Below, piece after piece: positions 17,581-26,283 of a DNA stretch of 64,000 nt. The notes beneath the pieces were generated by a model. It saw only the letters and a program-made list of their open reading frames with translations. It was not told the DNA's origin and did no database searches. Made by a program: the position numbers and the translations under genes. Every line of letters starts with the position of its first letter. The stretch's first letter is position 1. The stretch is from Pseudomonadota bacterium (GTDB taxonomy: Bacteria; Desulfobacterota; Desulfovibrionia; Desulfovibrionales; Desulfovibrionaceae): positions 8,800 to 72,799 of the forward strand of contig JAEZYD010000030.1 of the NCBI GenBank assembly GCA_023419375.1, written 5' to 3'.

Positions 17581-18351
17581 CTAGAGGGCCACATCGCGGT
17601 TGCAGTCTTTGGAATAGATGTACGTGAGCCGTCCCCTGCCAGTGGCGTATACGGCCTGCGGGGTATAGGGGCCAAAGAAAATGAAGTCTTCCTTCTGCAC
17701 CTGAATCCACTCGGCCCCCAGCAGATAGATGCCTTCGCCTTCCAGCAGGTAGGCCCCGTGCTCCTGCACATGGGTTTCCACAAAGGGGTGGCAGCCTGCG
17801 GGGTCAAAGCTGAGGGTGTGCATGTTCATGTCAAAGCCCAAGTGAGTGGGCAGCAGATCGCGGATAAACACGTTGGCCATGTCTTCGTAGATGCGTTCTT
17901 CCATTGTTGCGGTATTACCGAATACGACTTCGGCCTCGTGGCCGGGCAGGGCAATGTAGCGCTGCTTGTAGAGCAGAAAGCGCACAGGGGCATTGGTGGT
18001 GTTGGTAAATTCAAGGCCTTTGCCAGCGGGGGCAAACACGTAGCCGCCGGGGGCCAGCGTGTGCTTCTGCCCGCAGGTGGCGGCGGTCAGCGCGCCTTCG
18101 CCGTCCATGACATATAAAAATGCTTCCACCCCCGGCTCTTGCGCAAAGGGGGCAACGGTACCCCCGCCAGGCAGGGCGGTGCCCACATACTGCACAAAAC
18201 TTGCGCCCAGCTTTGGGGAGGCAATGATGGACATGTTGCATCCCTCGATGCCGGGTATGACGTTGCGCACCCGACCTTCCGGCGGAATGACCGCATATTC
18301 GCCGGGCCGGATGACCGCCCGTGTTTTCAGCAAACCCTCTGGATAAGACAT
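17581..18351 (-). CDS. allE: Bicupin, (S)-ureidoglycine aminohydrolase (AllE/YlbA)-like
   Basis: I used internal ATG 18349-18351 (MSYPEGLL), preceded by AAGGAGAA, giving 256 aa. It shares SPKLGASFV, LGFDMNMH, ETHVQEHGAY and YIYSKDCNRDV with E. coli AllE as I remember that sequence. Confidence 0.7.
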   Translation of the reverse strand: MSYPEGLLKTRAVIRPGEYAVIPPEGRVRNVIPGIEGCNMSIIASPKLGASFVQYVGTALPGGGTVAPFAQEPGVEAFLYVMDGEGALTAATCGQKHTLAPGGYVFAPAGKGLEFTNTTNAPVRFLLYKQRYIALPGHEAEVVFGNTATMEERIYEDMANVFIRDLLPTHLGFDMNMHTLSFDPAGCHPFVETHVQEHGAYLLEGEGIYLLGAEWIQVQKEDFIFFGPYTPQAVYATGRGRLTYIYSKDCNRDVAL

Positions 18352-18443
18352 GTTTTCTCCTTGAGCAGATTTAGTTTCGTTTGCCCAGACCGGGCACAGC
18401 GCGCCGGTCCCCGCAACGGGCGTTCGCATGGGCGGACGCCGGA

Positions 18444-18462
18444 GCAATTGTTGATAAATTGC
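18444..18462. promoter_or_regulatory. Inverted repeat GCAATT-N7-AATTGC containing TGTTGATAAATT, between the ABC ATPase and the allE-like gene
   Basis: Read directly. The 12-mer is the reverse complement, with one mismatch, of AATTTGTCAACA at 21599-21610 in the gntR/SBP intergenic region. Confidence 0.3.
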
Positions 18463-18471
18463 CCATAATGC

Positions 18472-19200
18472 TCAGTTCACCGTCTGGATGAACGAAGCCA
18501 GTTCCGGAGTGCCGGGCTTGGCAAAAAGCGCCTTGGGGGCCCCGGCCTCGTGAACCTTGCCCTGGTGCATGAACACCAGTTTATTGCCTACTTCGCGCGC
18601 AAAGCGCATTTCGTGCGTGACCATGATCAGGGTCATGCCTTCCGCCGCAAGCTTGCGCACGACCTCAAGCACCTCGCCCACCAGCTCGGGATCAAGGGCG
18701 GAGGTTATTTCGTCGCACAGCAGCATCTTGGGGCGCATGGCAAGCGCGCGGGCAATGGCCACCCGCTGCTGCTGTCCGCCGGACAACTGATCGGGAAAGG
18801 CGTTGAACTTGTCGGCAAGGCCCACCCGGGCGAGCATTTCTGCGGCAAGCTCCCGCACTTCGGCTTCCGGTTCTTTTTTGACGATGCGCGGGGCCAGCAT
18901 GACGTTTTCCCCGGCCGTAAGGTGGGGAAAGAGGTTGAACTGCTGAAAGACCATGCCCACCTTGAGCCGCAGGGGGCGCAAGTCGTTTTCCAGCCCATGG
19001 ACGCGGTCGCCGTCAATCTTCACAAAACCCGCGTCAAAGGTTTCCAGCCCGTTGAGAATGCGCAAAAACGTGCTCTTGCCGGATCCGCTTCGGCCAATGA
19101 CGGCCACAACGTCGCCTTCTTCCACTGTGAGGTTGACCCCACGCAGCACCTTGGTTTCACCGAACTGCTTGTGCAGTTCATCAACGACGACCAGCGACAT
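18472..19200 (-). CDS. Amino-acid ABC transporter ATP-binding protein (GlnQ/HisP type)
   Basis: I used internal ATG 19198-19200 (MSLVVVDELHK), preceded by AGGAGG. Walker A is GRSGSGKST, the ABC signature is LSGGQQQR and Walker B is LLCDE. Confidence 0.9.
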   Translation of the reverse strand: MSLVVVDELHKQFGETKVLRGVNLTVEEGDVVAVIGRSGSGKSTFLRILNGLETFDAGFVKIDGDRVHGLENDLRPLRLKVGMVFQQFNLFPHLTAGENVMLAPRIVKKEPEAEVRELAAEMLARVGLADKFNAFPDQLSGGQQQRVAIARALAMRPKMLLCDEITSALDPELVGEVLEVVRKLAAEGMTLIMVTHEMRFAREVGNKLVFMHQGKVHEAGAPKALFAKPGTPELASFIQTVN

Positions 19201-19837
19201 GGAGCCTCCTTTCGATGCAACGGGCAAAGGCCGACAGCGGATAGCACATGAGAAAATACCCCGCAGCCACAAGGCCGTACACCAGCAGCGGCCTGAAGGT
19301 CGCGTTGGCGATCATGGTTCCGGTTTTGGTTATTTCCACAAGGCCGATGATCGAGGCCACGGCTGTTCCTTTGACGACCTGTACTGAAAAGCCCACAGTC
19401 GGGGGGATGGCTATGCGCAAGGCCTGGGGTAGAATGACATGACGCAGCTGCTCGTAACGGTTCATGGCGAGGCACGCCGATGCCTCCCACTGACCCATTG
19501 GCAGCGCCTCAACGCATCCGCGCCAGATTTCAGCAAGGTACGCGCTGGTAAAGAACGTAAGGCCCAGCGTGGCGGCGGCCAGGGGCGAAATGTCCACCCC
19601 AAACAGGGCCAGCCCGAAAAAGATGAGAAAAAACTGCATAAGCAGCGGCGTATCCTGAAAAAACTCAATATACGTCATGGCCAGGGCGCGCATTTGGGCC
19701 TTGGGCGAAATGCGCACAAACAGCACAATGAGGCCCATGGCGCCGCCAAGAGCGAAAGCGATGGCAGAAAGGACGATTGTCCAGCCCGCGCCCGTAAGCA
19801 GATGGCGCACCATGTCCCAGATAGAGAAGCTGATCAT
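19181..19837 (-). CDS. Amino-acid ABC transporter permease (His/Glu/Gln/Arg/opine family)
   Basis: The 218-aa polytopic ORF has an EAA-like loop (EASACLAMNRYEQLRHVILPQA). It overlaps the ATPase start by 20 nt. Confidence 0.85.
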   Translation of the reverse strand: MISFSIWDMVRHLLTGAGWTIVLSAIAFALGGAMGLIVLFVRISPKAQMRALAMTYIEFFQDTPLLMQFFLIFFGLALFGVDISPLAAATLGLTFFTSAYLAEIWRGCVEALPMGQWEASACLAMNRYEQLRHVILPQALRIAIPPTVGFSVQVVKGTAVASIIGLVEITKTGTMIANATFRPLLVYGLVAAGYFLMCYPLSAFARCIERRLHVAGRR

Positions 19838-20502
19838 GCGCGCCCCCTGCGGATGCAGTGTTTGCCAAAGGCATGCAGGCTCTTGCGCACGGCGATGGCC
19901 AGGGCAAGGTACATGAGCGTGCTGGCGAGGTAGACTTCAAAGGCGCGGAACGTGCGGCTCTGGATGAGGTTGGCCTCAAAGGTCAGCTCCTCGGCGGCGA
20001 TCTGCGAGCATACCGAAGACCCCAGCATGACAATGACAATCTGGCTGCACAGGGCGGGCCACACGGTTTTGAGCGCCGGGCGCAGAATCACGTGGAACAG
20101 GCACTGCCAGCGGCTCATGGCCAGGGAGTCTGCGGCTTCAATCAGACCCTTGGGCACAGCCGCCACGCCAGCGCGGATGATCTCTGTCGAATACGCGCCA
20201 AGGTTGATGACCATTGCCAGTACGGAGGCTTCCCATCCGTTCAGCCGCACCCCAAGGGCGGGCAGGCCGAAGTATATGAAGTACAATTGCACAATAAAGG
20301 GCGTGTTGCGGACGCATTCGACATAGGCGGTAAAAAACGGGTGCAAGAAGGGCAACCGCCACTCGCGCGAAACCGCTCCCAAAATGCCCACGGCAAGGCC
20401 CACCGTGGCGCTGACCGCCGTGAGGGCCAGCGTCAGTGCTGCCCCCTGAACCAGCAATGGCCAGTTTGCCGCAATGGGCTCGAAGGTAAACTGATAGGCC
20501 AT
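19834..20502 (-). CDS. Amino-acid ABC transporter permease
   Basis: The 222-aa ORF has the EAA loop EAADSLAMSRWQCLFHVILRPA. ATGA overlap with the next permease at 19834-19837. Confidence 0.85.
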   Translation of the reverse strand: MAYQFTFEPIAANWPLLVQGAALTLALTAVSATVGLAVGILGAVSREWRLPFLHPFFTAYVECVRNTPFIVQLYFIYFGLPALGVRLNGWEASVLAMVINLGAYSTEIIRAGVAAVPKGLIEAADSLAMSRWQCLFHVILRPALKTVWPALCSQIVIVMLGSSVCSQIAAEELTFEANLIQSRTFRAFEVYLASTLMYLALAIAVRKSLHAFGKHCIRRGRA

Positions 20503-20518
20503 GGCTGTTCCCCTAACT

Positions 20519-20544
20519 GGAGGTCGCTCTAGGCGACCACCTCC
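20519..20544 (-). other. Stem-loop 17 nt upstream of the first permease start
   Basis: GGAGGTCGC pairs with GCGACC(AC)CTCC, with a small bulge. Read directly. Confidence 0.45.
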
Positions 20545-20626
20545 ATACGTCCTGGCTGCTGCGGCAAAGCCGCTATTTTGCAGCGTTGCGAGGTTGCCGT
20601 ATCCGGATCTTGCCGTTATAACCTTG

Positions 20627-20656
20627 TGGTCTTACCGGTAAAGAGCTGGTAAGCAC
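20627..20656. promoter_or_regulatory. Operator-like motif TGGTCTTACCGGTAAAG followed by TGGTAAGCAC, in the 195-bp gap between the binding-protein and permease genes
   Basis: It shares TGGT-NNN-ACCGGTAAA with 21561-21577, with the central triplet inverted (CTT versus AAG). GGT-N3-ACC fits the general GntR GT-Nx-AC operator pattern. Confidence 0.35.
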
Positions 20657-20697
20657 GTTGTTCCTCTCTATCCTGTTTGGCAAGCAACAGAAAATCT

Positions 20698-21501
20698 TTA
20701 AAAATCCTGTGGCAGGGAGGTGTGCAGCCATGTTTGCGCAATGGCTTCAAGCTGCCCGTCTTTCTTTGCCTGGGTGATGATGTCGTCCACAGCCTTTTGC
20801 AGTTCCGGCTCGTTTTTGTTCAGCCCGATATAGCAGGGCGAGTTCTTGATGAGGAATTTGACTTCCAGATGCTTGTACGGATTTTGTCCGTTGATGGAGG
20901 CTGCCACAACGTTGCCCGTGGCAACCATCTGCACCTGGCCGGAAAGGTAGGCGGCGATGGTCGAGCTGTTGTCTTCAAATCGGCGAATTTCTGTGGATGC
21001 GGGCGCAATCTTGGTCAGTTCCATGTCCTCAACCGCGCCACGGGTTACCGCAATGGTCTTGCCAGCCAGGTCTTCTGCCGTGGCGACCTTGAGATCGGCG
21101 GGGCCGAATACGCCGTTAAAGAAAGGCGCGTAGGCCACTGAAAAATCGATGGCTTTTTCGCGTTCGGCGTTCTTGCCCAGTGAGGAGATGACCAGATCAA
21201 CCTTGCCTGTGGTAAGGTAGGGAATGCGGTTTGTGCTGGTTACCGGCACGAGCTTCAACTTGACGCCAAGGCTTTTCGCAATAAGCCGGGCAGTATCAAT
21301 GTCGTAACCCACAGGCTGCATGTCGGCGCCCACAGAACCAAAGGGGGGAAAGTCCTGCGGAACAGCAATGGAGATAACGCCTGATTTTTTTATTGATTCA
21401 AGCGTGTTGTCCGTTTGTTGCGCGTAAAGGGATTGCGGCAGGGCTGCGCTCAGCAGCATGACGGCCAGGATGAAGCCAAGGCGGCTGAAAAAAAATTGCA
21501 T
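20698..21501 (-). CDS. ABC transporter substrate-binding protein, family 3 (polar amino acid type)
   Basis: The 267-aa ORF has a signal peptide (FILAVMLLSAALPQSLYA) and SBP_bac_3-like motifs (GYDIDTARLIAKSLG, GKVDLVISSLG). Confidence 0.85.
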   Translation of the reverse strand: MQFFFSRLGFILAVMLLSAALPQSLYAQQTDNTLESIKKSGVISIAVPQDFPPFGSVGADMQPVGYDIDTARLIAKSLGVKLKLVPVTSTNRIPYLTTGKVDLVISSLGKNAEREKAIDFSVAYAPFFNGVFGPADLKVATAEDLAGKTIAVTRGAVEDMELTKIAPASTEIRRFEDNSSTIAAYLSGQVQMVATGNVVAASINGQNPYKHLEVKFLIKNSPCYIGLNKNEPELQKAVDDIITQAKKDGQLEAIAQTWLHTSLPQDF

Positions 21502-21560
21502 GACGTCCCCCGAAAAAATGTTTGAGTAAACCCGGAATTATCCACAATTTGGTCAATTTC

Positions 21561-21577
21561 TGGTAAGACCGGTAAAA
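21561..21577. promoter_or_regulatory. Operator-like motif TGGTAAGACCGGTAAAA in the divergent SBP/gntR promoter region
   Basis: GGTAAGACC is a GGT-N3-ACC palindrome. The same extended motif recurs at 20627-20643. Confidence 0.4.
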
Positions 21578-21591
21578 AATGATTGCTCGTT

Positions 21592-21645
21592 TTCTACAAA
21601 TTTGTCAACATGGGTAAACGAAAAATATTACTTCTACAAATTGGT
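21592..21645. repeat. Two copies of TTCTACAAATT(T/G)GT, 40 bp apart; the first contains the perfect palindrome ACAAATTTGT
   Basis: Copies lie at 21592-21605 and 21632-21645 (13/14 identical). The palindrome is at 21596-21605, immediately upstream of the GntR regulator start. Confidence 0.4.
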
Positions 21646-21652
21646 GGAAACT

Positions 21653-22390
21653 ATGTGCGCTAAATTACAGGAAAAACTGGAAAAAAATACAAATATGTGG
21701 AAATCTAGCTCGGAAGAAGCCGCTGAAAGCATTTTGTCAATGATTTTAGATAATAACTGGCAAGAAGGGCATAAATTGCCCCCCCAGCGCGCGCTTGCGG
21801 AATCTTTGGGAGTCAGCCGCCCCACAGTGCGCGAGGCTCTGGTCATTCTGGAGACCATGGGCAAGGTGACCATTCAGCCCGGCAAGGGCGTGTTTTTGGT
21901 GACGCGCGCGCAGGAGAGCCTGCCTGTGGTGCCTGTCACGCGGTTTGACCGGTCATTTATTACGGGTAAGGAAACGCAGATTTTTCAGTTCAGACATGCC
22001 ATAGAGCCGGCCATTGCCGCCCTGGTGGCCCTGAACGCCACGCAGGCCCAGATGGACGATATGGCAGCCATGCTGGACGACATGAAGCAGGCCAGTGTGC
22101 GCGGTGATGTGCAGCATTTTGCCCAACTGGATTTCGCCTTTCATACCCAGATGATTGAAGCGGCAAACAATCCGTTTTTTATTGAGGCCATGCGCCCTTT
22201 TTTTGATCTGTTTTCAGAAAGTCAGCGATTGCCTTTTTCCAATCAGGAAGGATTGGTGGACACCATGCGCGAACATGCGGCACTGCTGGAGCATCTGCGG
22301 TCGCGGAATTCGCACGGAGCGCGTCTGGCCATGGAAGAGCATGTTGTCGCCACTGCCGCCAGGGCAGGCGTGCGGATATCTTCCTGGTGA
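21653..22390 (+). CDS. GntR-family transcriptional regulator with FCD effector domain (FadR subfamily)
   Basis: HTH is LPPQRALAESLGVSRPTVREALVILETMGKV. The C-terminal helical FCD-like domain has conserved His residues. I preferred ATG 21653 over the TTG at 21602. Confidence 0.85.
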   Translation: MCAKLQEKLEKNTNMWKSSSEEAAESILSMILDNNWQEGHKLPPQRALAESLGVSRPTVREALVILETMGKVTIQPGKGVFLVTRAQESLPVVPVTRFDRSFITGKETQIFQFRHAIEPAIAALVALNATQAQMDDMAAMLDDMKQASVRGDVQHFAQLDFAFHTQMIEAANNPFFIEAMRPFFDLFSESQRLPFSNQEGLVDTMREHAALLEHLRSRNSHGARLAMEEHVVATAARAGVRISSW

Positions 22391-22467
22391 GGAGTGGGGC
22401 GAGCTTTGGCGGCGCGGGCGACAGCCGTGGAAAATCGCGGGTGAGTGGCGTTCCCCGCGCCAGGGCC

Positions 22468-22501
22468 AAAAAAAGGCGGCCCTGCGAAAGCAAGGCCGCC
22501 T
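22468..22501 (-). terminator. Intrinsic terminator of the MCP gene
   Basis: AGGCGGCC pairs with GGCCGCCT, with an inner TGC/GCA stem and a GAAA loop. A 7-nt U run follows on the minus strand (A run at 22468-22474). Confidence 0.75.
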
Positions 22502-22522
22502 CGTGACTGCATGCAGCTAGAA

Positions 22523-24265
22523 TTAGGAATTTTTGAGCTGGGTTATGATGCGGGCCAGGTTCTGGGCCTGCGCCGCCAGCTCGGAAACAGCCTTGCTGGC
22601 TTCGCCCATTGCCTGTGATGTTTCAGACGCAATGGTATTGACGTGTTCCACCGAGCGGGCGATCTCTTCAGAAGAAGCGGACTGCTCCTCGCTGGCGGTT
22701 GCAATGCTGCGCACCTGATCTGCTGTCTGCTCCGCAAGGCTGAGGATTTCCGTAAGCGCGGCGCCGCATTGTTCGGCAAGATCGGCGGCAAGGTTTACCT
22801 TGCCAACCGCCTGATCCATGCGCCGCACACCTTCTTTGGAACTTTCCTGAATGGCCTGAATGGCCTTGCCCACATCCTGGGTGGAGGACATGGTCTTTTC
22901 TGCCAATTTGCGCACTTCGTCTGCCACAACCGCAAAGCCGCGGCCCGCCTCGCCAGCGCGCGCGGCTTCGATGGCTGCGTTCAGCGCCAGCAGGTTTGTC
23001 TGATCGGCGATATCCGAGATAACGGTCATAATTTCGTTGATGGCCTGTGCGTGGACAGAAAGAGTGTCCATGTTGGTTTTGAGGCCGATTGTTTCGGCCT
23101 GAACCTCGTCCATGGCTCGCCGACACTTTGTGGTTACATCATCGCCTTCCTTGGCCTTGCTCTGTGTGGATGCGGACAGGTTTGCACCGGCTCCGGCGTT
23201 CTTGGCAACTTCAATGACCGTGGCGTTCATTTCTTCCACTGCCGTGGCGGTGTCCGCAATGCGGTGGGCCTGCTGTTCTGCACCTTGCGAGGATTGCTCG
23301 ATCTGGGCGGAAAGTTCTTCTGAGGCGGAGGCGATGACGTTAACCACGCCTTCAAGCTGGGTGGCGGCGTCGAGCAGGCCTTCCTTGCGGGCTGTTTCGG
23401 CGCGCGCGGTGGCTTCTTCGGCCACAATCTGGGCCTCATGGGCCTGTTCCGCAGCTTCCTGTGCCTTGCGGGATTCTTCCTTGGCATGGTCGATATGGCT
23501 CTTGAGGGCCGCCACCATGGCTACAATGGATTCGTACACGCCAGCCTTGGGGCTGCCATCGTCAATGTTGTAGTCGCCGTCCACAACCCGCAGGGCAATA
23601 GTGTTCAGCTCACCGGGGTCTTTGCCCAGCTGCTTGTGGGTGCCGCGCAGGATCACAACCGCTGTGGCGGTTCCCGCCAGGATAGAGGCCACCAGCAGGC
23701 AGATGACCAAAAGCTTGGCCGAGGCGTACAAGTCATCACAGCCCTTGCTGGCTGCCAGGCTGCCCTCTGTGTTTATGCGGACAAGATCTTCCAGGTAGGC
23801 AGCTGTTTTTTCAAAAATGGCCCTGGTCTGGCCACGGGTGAGGTCGCGCGCTTCTTCCATCTGCCCCTTGTTGGCAAGCATGATCACATCTTTTGAAGTA
23901 TCCAGGTAGCTCTGCCATTCGCGCAGGAACCCTTCGTAGGTCTTCCTCTCTTGGGCTGAAGCAATGAGCGGTGCGTACTGCGACTTGTTCTTCTCAATAT
24001 CTTTGAGCGTGGCCTCCATTCTGGCCTGATAGCGAGCCCTGTCCTGCGCTTCAGGACTGTTGGCGAGCTGTACCTGGGCAAGGCGAAAATCTGATGTGTT
24101 CACGTTGAGGTTCAAGACATATCTGGTGGAGGGGAGCCAGTTCTGATTAATATCTGTTGTTCCATCATTGATCTTTGACATTTGCACAAGGCTGAAAAGC
24201 CCAATGGCAATTGTCAAAGCCATTAAAAATCCTGCCATCAGAGATAACTTGACACTCAACTTCAT
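22523..24265 (-). CDS. Methyl-accepting chemotaxis protein
   Basis: The 580-aa ORF has an N-terminal TM helix, a 4-helix-bundle-like sensor, a second TM helix and a HAMP domain. The highly conserved signalling hairpin reads [38 protein letters not shown]. Confidence 0.9.
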   Translation of the reverse strand: MKLSVKLSLMAGFLMALTIAIGLFSLVQMSKINDGTTDINQNWLPSTRYVLNLNVNTSDFRLAQVQLANSPEAQDRARYQARMEATLKDIEKNKSQYAPLIASAQERKTYEGFLREWQSYLDTSKDVIMLANKGQMEEARDLTRGQTRAIFEKTAAYLEDLVRINTEGSLAASKGCDDLYASAKLLVICLLVASILAGTATAVVILRGTHKQLGKDPGELNTIALRVVDGDYNIDDGSPKAGVYESIVAMVAALKSHIDHAKEESRKAQEAAEQAHEAQIVAEEATARAETARKEGLLDAATQLEGVVNVIASASEELSAQIEQSSQGAEQQAHRIADTATAVEEMNATVIEVAKNAGAGANLSASTQSKAKEGDDVTTKCRRAMDEVQAETIGLKTNMDTLSVHAQAINEIMTVISDIADQTNLLALNAAIEAARAGEAGRGFAVVADEVRKLAEKTMSSTQDVGKAIQAIQESSKEGVRRMDQAVGKVNLAADLAEQCGAALTEILSLAEQTADQVRSIATASEEQSASSEEIARSVEHVNTIASETSQAMGEASKAVSELAAQAQNLARIITQLKNS

Positions 24266-24309
24266 GATACTTCTCCACTATAGTCTTGTTGGTTTGTAAT
24301 GCTCGGTGT

Positions 24310-24323
24310 TATGGTTTATGTGA
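24310..24323. repeat. Left copy of the 14-bp direct repeat TAT(G/T)GTTTATGTGA bounding the AT-rich block
   Basis: Read directly; 13/14 identical to 24712-24725. Confidence 0.5.
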
Positions 24324-24385
24324 AATAAGGAGTTTGATTAGAACGCTGTGATTTGAATACGGGAAATTATTTCATCATTAGTGAG

Positions 24386-24412
24386 TTATCGGAAGTTGCT
24401 TTATTAAGTATA
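24386..24412 (-). promoter_or_regulatory. Sigma-28 (FliA)-like promoter upstream of the MCP gene
   Basis: The minus strand reads TATACTTA-N11-TCCGATAA against the consensus TAAAGTTT-N11-GCCGATAA (5/8 and 7/8 matches). It lies about 120 nt upstream of the start codon. Confidence 0.45.
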
Positions 24413-24444
24413 GATATACAGAAAATGAATATGATAATAAAAAA

Positions 24445-24651
24445 ATGTATAATAAAGAAAAATTCATCTTGAATGGTAATGAAAGAAAGATTTATGCGAT
24501 TTTATTATATAACAATAATATGATCGTCGTTAATTTTACGATATTACAGAGCAAAAATTTTTTTTTATCCCACAAAAAAAGCACAATAAAGTGGCTAAAA
24601 AATGCCATTCAAAATGACGTAAAATATATCATTGGGCTAAGAATTGTTTAA
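24445..24651 (+). CDS. Doubtful 68-aa Lys/Asn-rich ORF inside the AT-rich block
   Basis: The frame is longer than I would expect in DNA this AT-rich, because stop codons are AT-rich. There is no SD and I recognise no family. Confidence 0.2.
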   Translation: MYNKEKFILNGNERKIYAILLYNNNMIVVNFTILQSKNFFLSHKKSTIKWLKNAIQNDVKYIIGLRIV

Positions 24652-24711
24652 AATTTACAGCAAGCCAGGATAAACAGGAAATATAACTAAAATTAAAGTG
24701 TAATTATTTTG

Positions 24712-24725
24712 TATTGTTTATGTGA
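24712..24725. repeat. Right copy of the 14-bp direct repeat bounding the AT-rich block
   Basis: Read directly; pairs with 24310-24323, 402 bp away. Confidence 0.5.
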
Positions 24726-24734
24726 GAGCGCGGA

Positions 24735-24764
24735 AACAAAAAAGGCCGGAGCAATGCTCCGGCC
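24735..24764 (-). terminator. Intrinsic terminator of ahcY
   Basis: GGCCGGAGC pairs with GCTCCGGCC (24744-24764). TTTTTTGTTT follows on the minus strand. It lies 27 nt after the ahcY stop. Confidence 0.8.
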
Positions 24765-24790
24765 TTTTGGGGGAATATTCCTTTACTGGC

Positions 24791-26212
24791 TTAGTAGCGA
24801 TAATGGCTGGGCTTGTACGGCCCCTCGACCTTCACGCCGATATATTCGGCCTGCTCGGGGGTAAGCGTGGTAAGCTTGACGCCAAGACGGGCAAGATGCA
24901 GACGGGCCACTTCTTCGTCCAGTTCCTTGGGCAGGGTGTAGACCTTGTTTTCCAGAGGCTCGGAGGCGAGCTTGAGCTGGGCAAGGGTCTGGTTGGTAAA
25001 GCTGTTGGACATGACAAAGCTGGCGTGCCCGGTGGCGCAGCCAAGGTTAACCAGACGGCCCTCGGCCAGCACAATGATGCTGCGGCCAGACTTGAGCGTC
25101 CATTTGTCCACTTGCGGCTTGATGTTCAGGCAGGTGATGCCGGGGGTGTTCTCCAGGTAGGACATTTCGATTTCGCTGTCGAAATGGCCGATGTTGCACA
25201 CAATGGCTTCGTCCTTCATGGCTTCCATGTGGGCGCCGGTGATGACATGGTAGTTGCCGGTGCAGGTCACATAGATATCGCCCTGGGCCAGGGCGTTCTC
25301 AACCGTGGTGACTTCAAAGCCTTCCATGGCGGCCTGAAGGGCGCAGATGGGGTCGATTTCCGTCACCAGCACGCGTGCGCCAAAGCCGCGCATGGACTGG
25401 GCGCAGCCCTTGCCCACATCGCCGTAGCCCACAACCACTACAACCTTGCCTGCCACCATGATGTCGGTGGCGCGCTTGATGCCGTCAGCCAGGGATTCGC
25501 GGCAGCCGTACAGGTTGTCGAACTTGGACTTGGTGACCGAGTCGTTGACGTTGATGGCCGGGAACAGCAGGGTTCCGGCGGCTTCAAGCTGGTAAAGGCG
25601 GTGAACGCCGGTGGTGGTTTCTTCCGAAACACCCTTTACCTTGGCTGCAACCTTGTGCCAATGCTGGGGATTTTCCTTCAAGCGCAGCTTGAGGCGGTCA
25701 AGAATGCACTGAAATTCCTTGTTGTCGGTGGGCTGGTCAAGGATGGAGGGGTCGTTTTCCGCTTCATATCCCTTGTGGATCAGCAGGGTGGCGTCGCCGC
25801 CGTCGTCCACGATAAGGTCGGGGCCGCTGCCGTCAGGCCATGTAAGGGCCATTTCCGTGCACCACCAGTAGTCTTCAAGGGTTTCGCCCTTCCAGGCAAA
25901 AACCTTGGCCATGCCGGTCTCCGCAATGGCGGCGGCGGCGTGATCCTGGGTGGAGAAGATGTTGCAGGAGGCCCAGCGGATGTCTGCGCCAAGGGCGTGC
26001 AGGGTCTTGATGAGCATGGCCGTCTGAATGGTCATGTGCAGGGAGCCGGTGACCTTGAGGCCCTTGAGGGGCTGGGTGGGGCCGTACTTTTTGATGCATT
26101 CCATGAGGCCGGGCGTTTCACGCTCGGAAAGCTGCATTTCCTTCTTGCCAAAGTCAGCCAGGGATATGTCGGCCACTTTGTAGTCAAGGGTCAGGTCAAG
26201 AGGCTTAATCAT
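24791..26212 (-). CDS. ahcY: Adenosylhomocysteinase
   Basis: The 473-aa ORF has [41 protein letters not shown] and GHFDSEI, a classic SAH hydrolase. Confidence 0.95.
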   Translation of the reverse strand: MIKPLDLTLDYKVADISLADFGKKEMQLSERETPGLMECIKKYGPTQPLKGLKVTGSLHMTIQTAMLIKTLHALGADIRWASCNIFSTQDHAAAAIAETGMAKVFAWKGETLEDYWWCTEMALTWPDGSGPDLIVDDGGDATLLIHKGYEAENDPSILDQPTDNKEFQCILDRLKLRLKENPQHWHKVAAKVKGVSEETTTGVHRLYQLEAAGTLLFPAINVNDSVTKSKFDNLYGCRESLADGIKRATDIMVAGKVVVVVGYGDVGKGCAQSMRGFGARVLVTEIDPICALQAAMEGFEVTTVENALAQGDIYVTCTGNYHVITGAHMEAMKDEAIVCNIGHFDSEIEMSYLENTPGITCLNIKPQVDKWTLKSGRSIIVLAEGRLVNLGCATGHASFVMSNSFTNQTLAQLKLASEPLENKVYTLPKELDEEVARLHLARLGVKLTTLTPEQAEYIGVKVEGPYKPSHYRY

Positions 26213-26283
26213 TGTTTTCTCCTATCCGCAATTTTGTTGTTGTCGGTAATATCTTGGAAAATATGGGCCGTTGGGCAGGGTTC

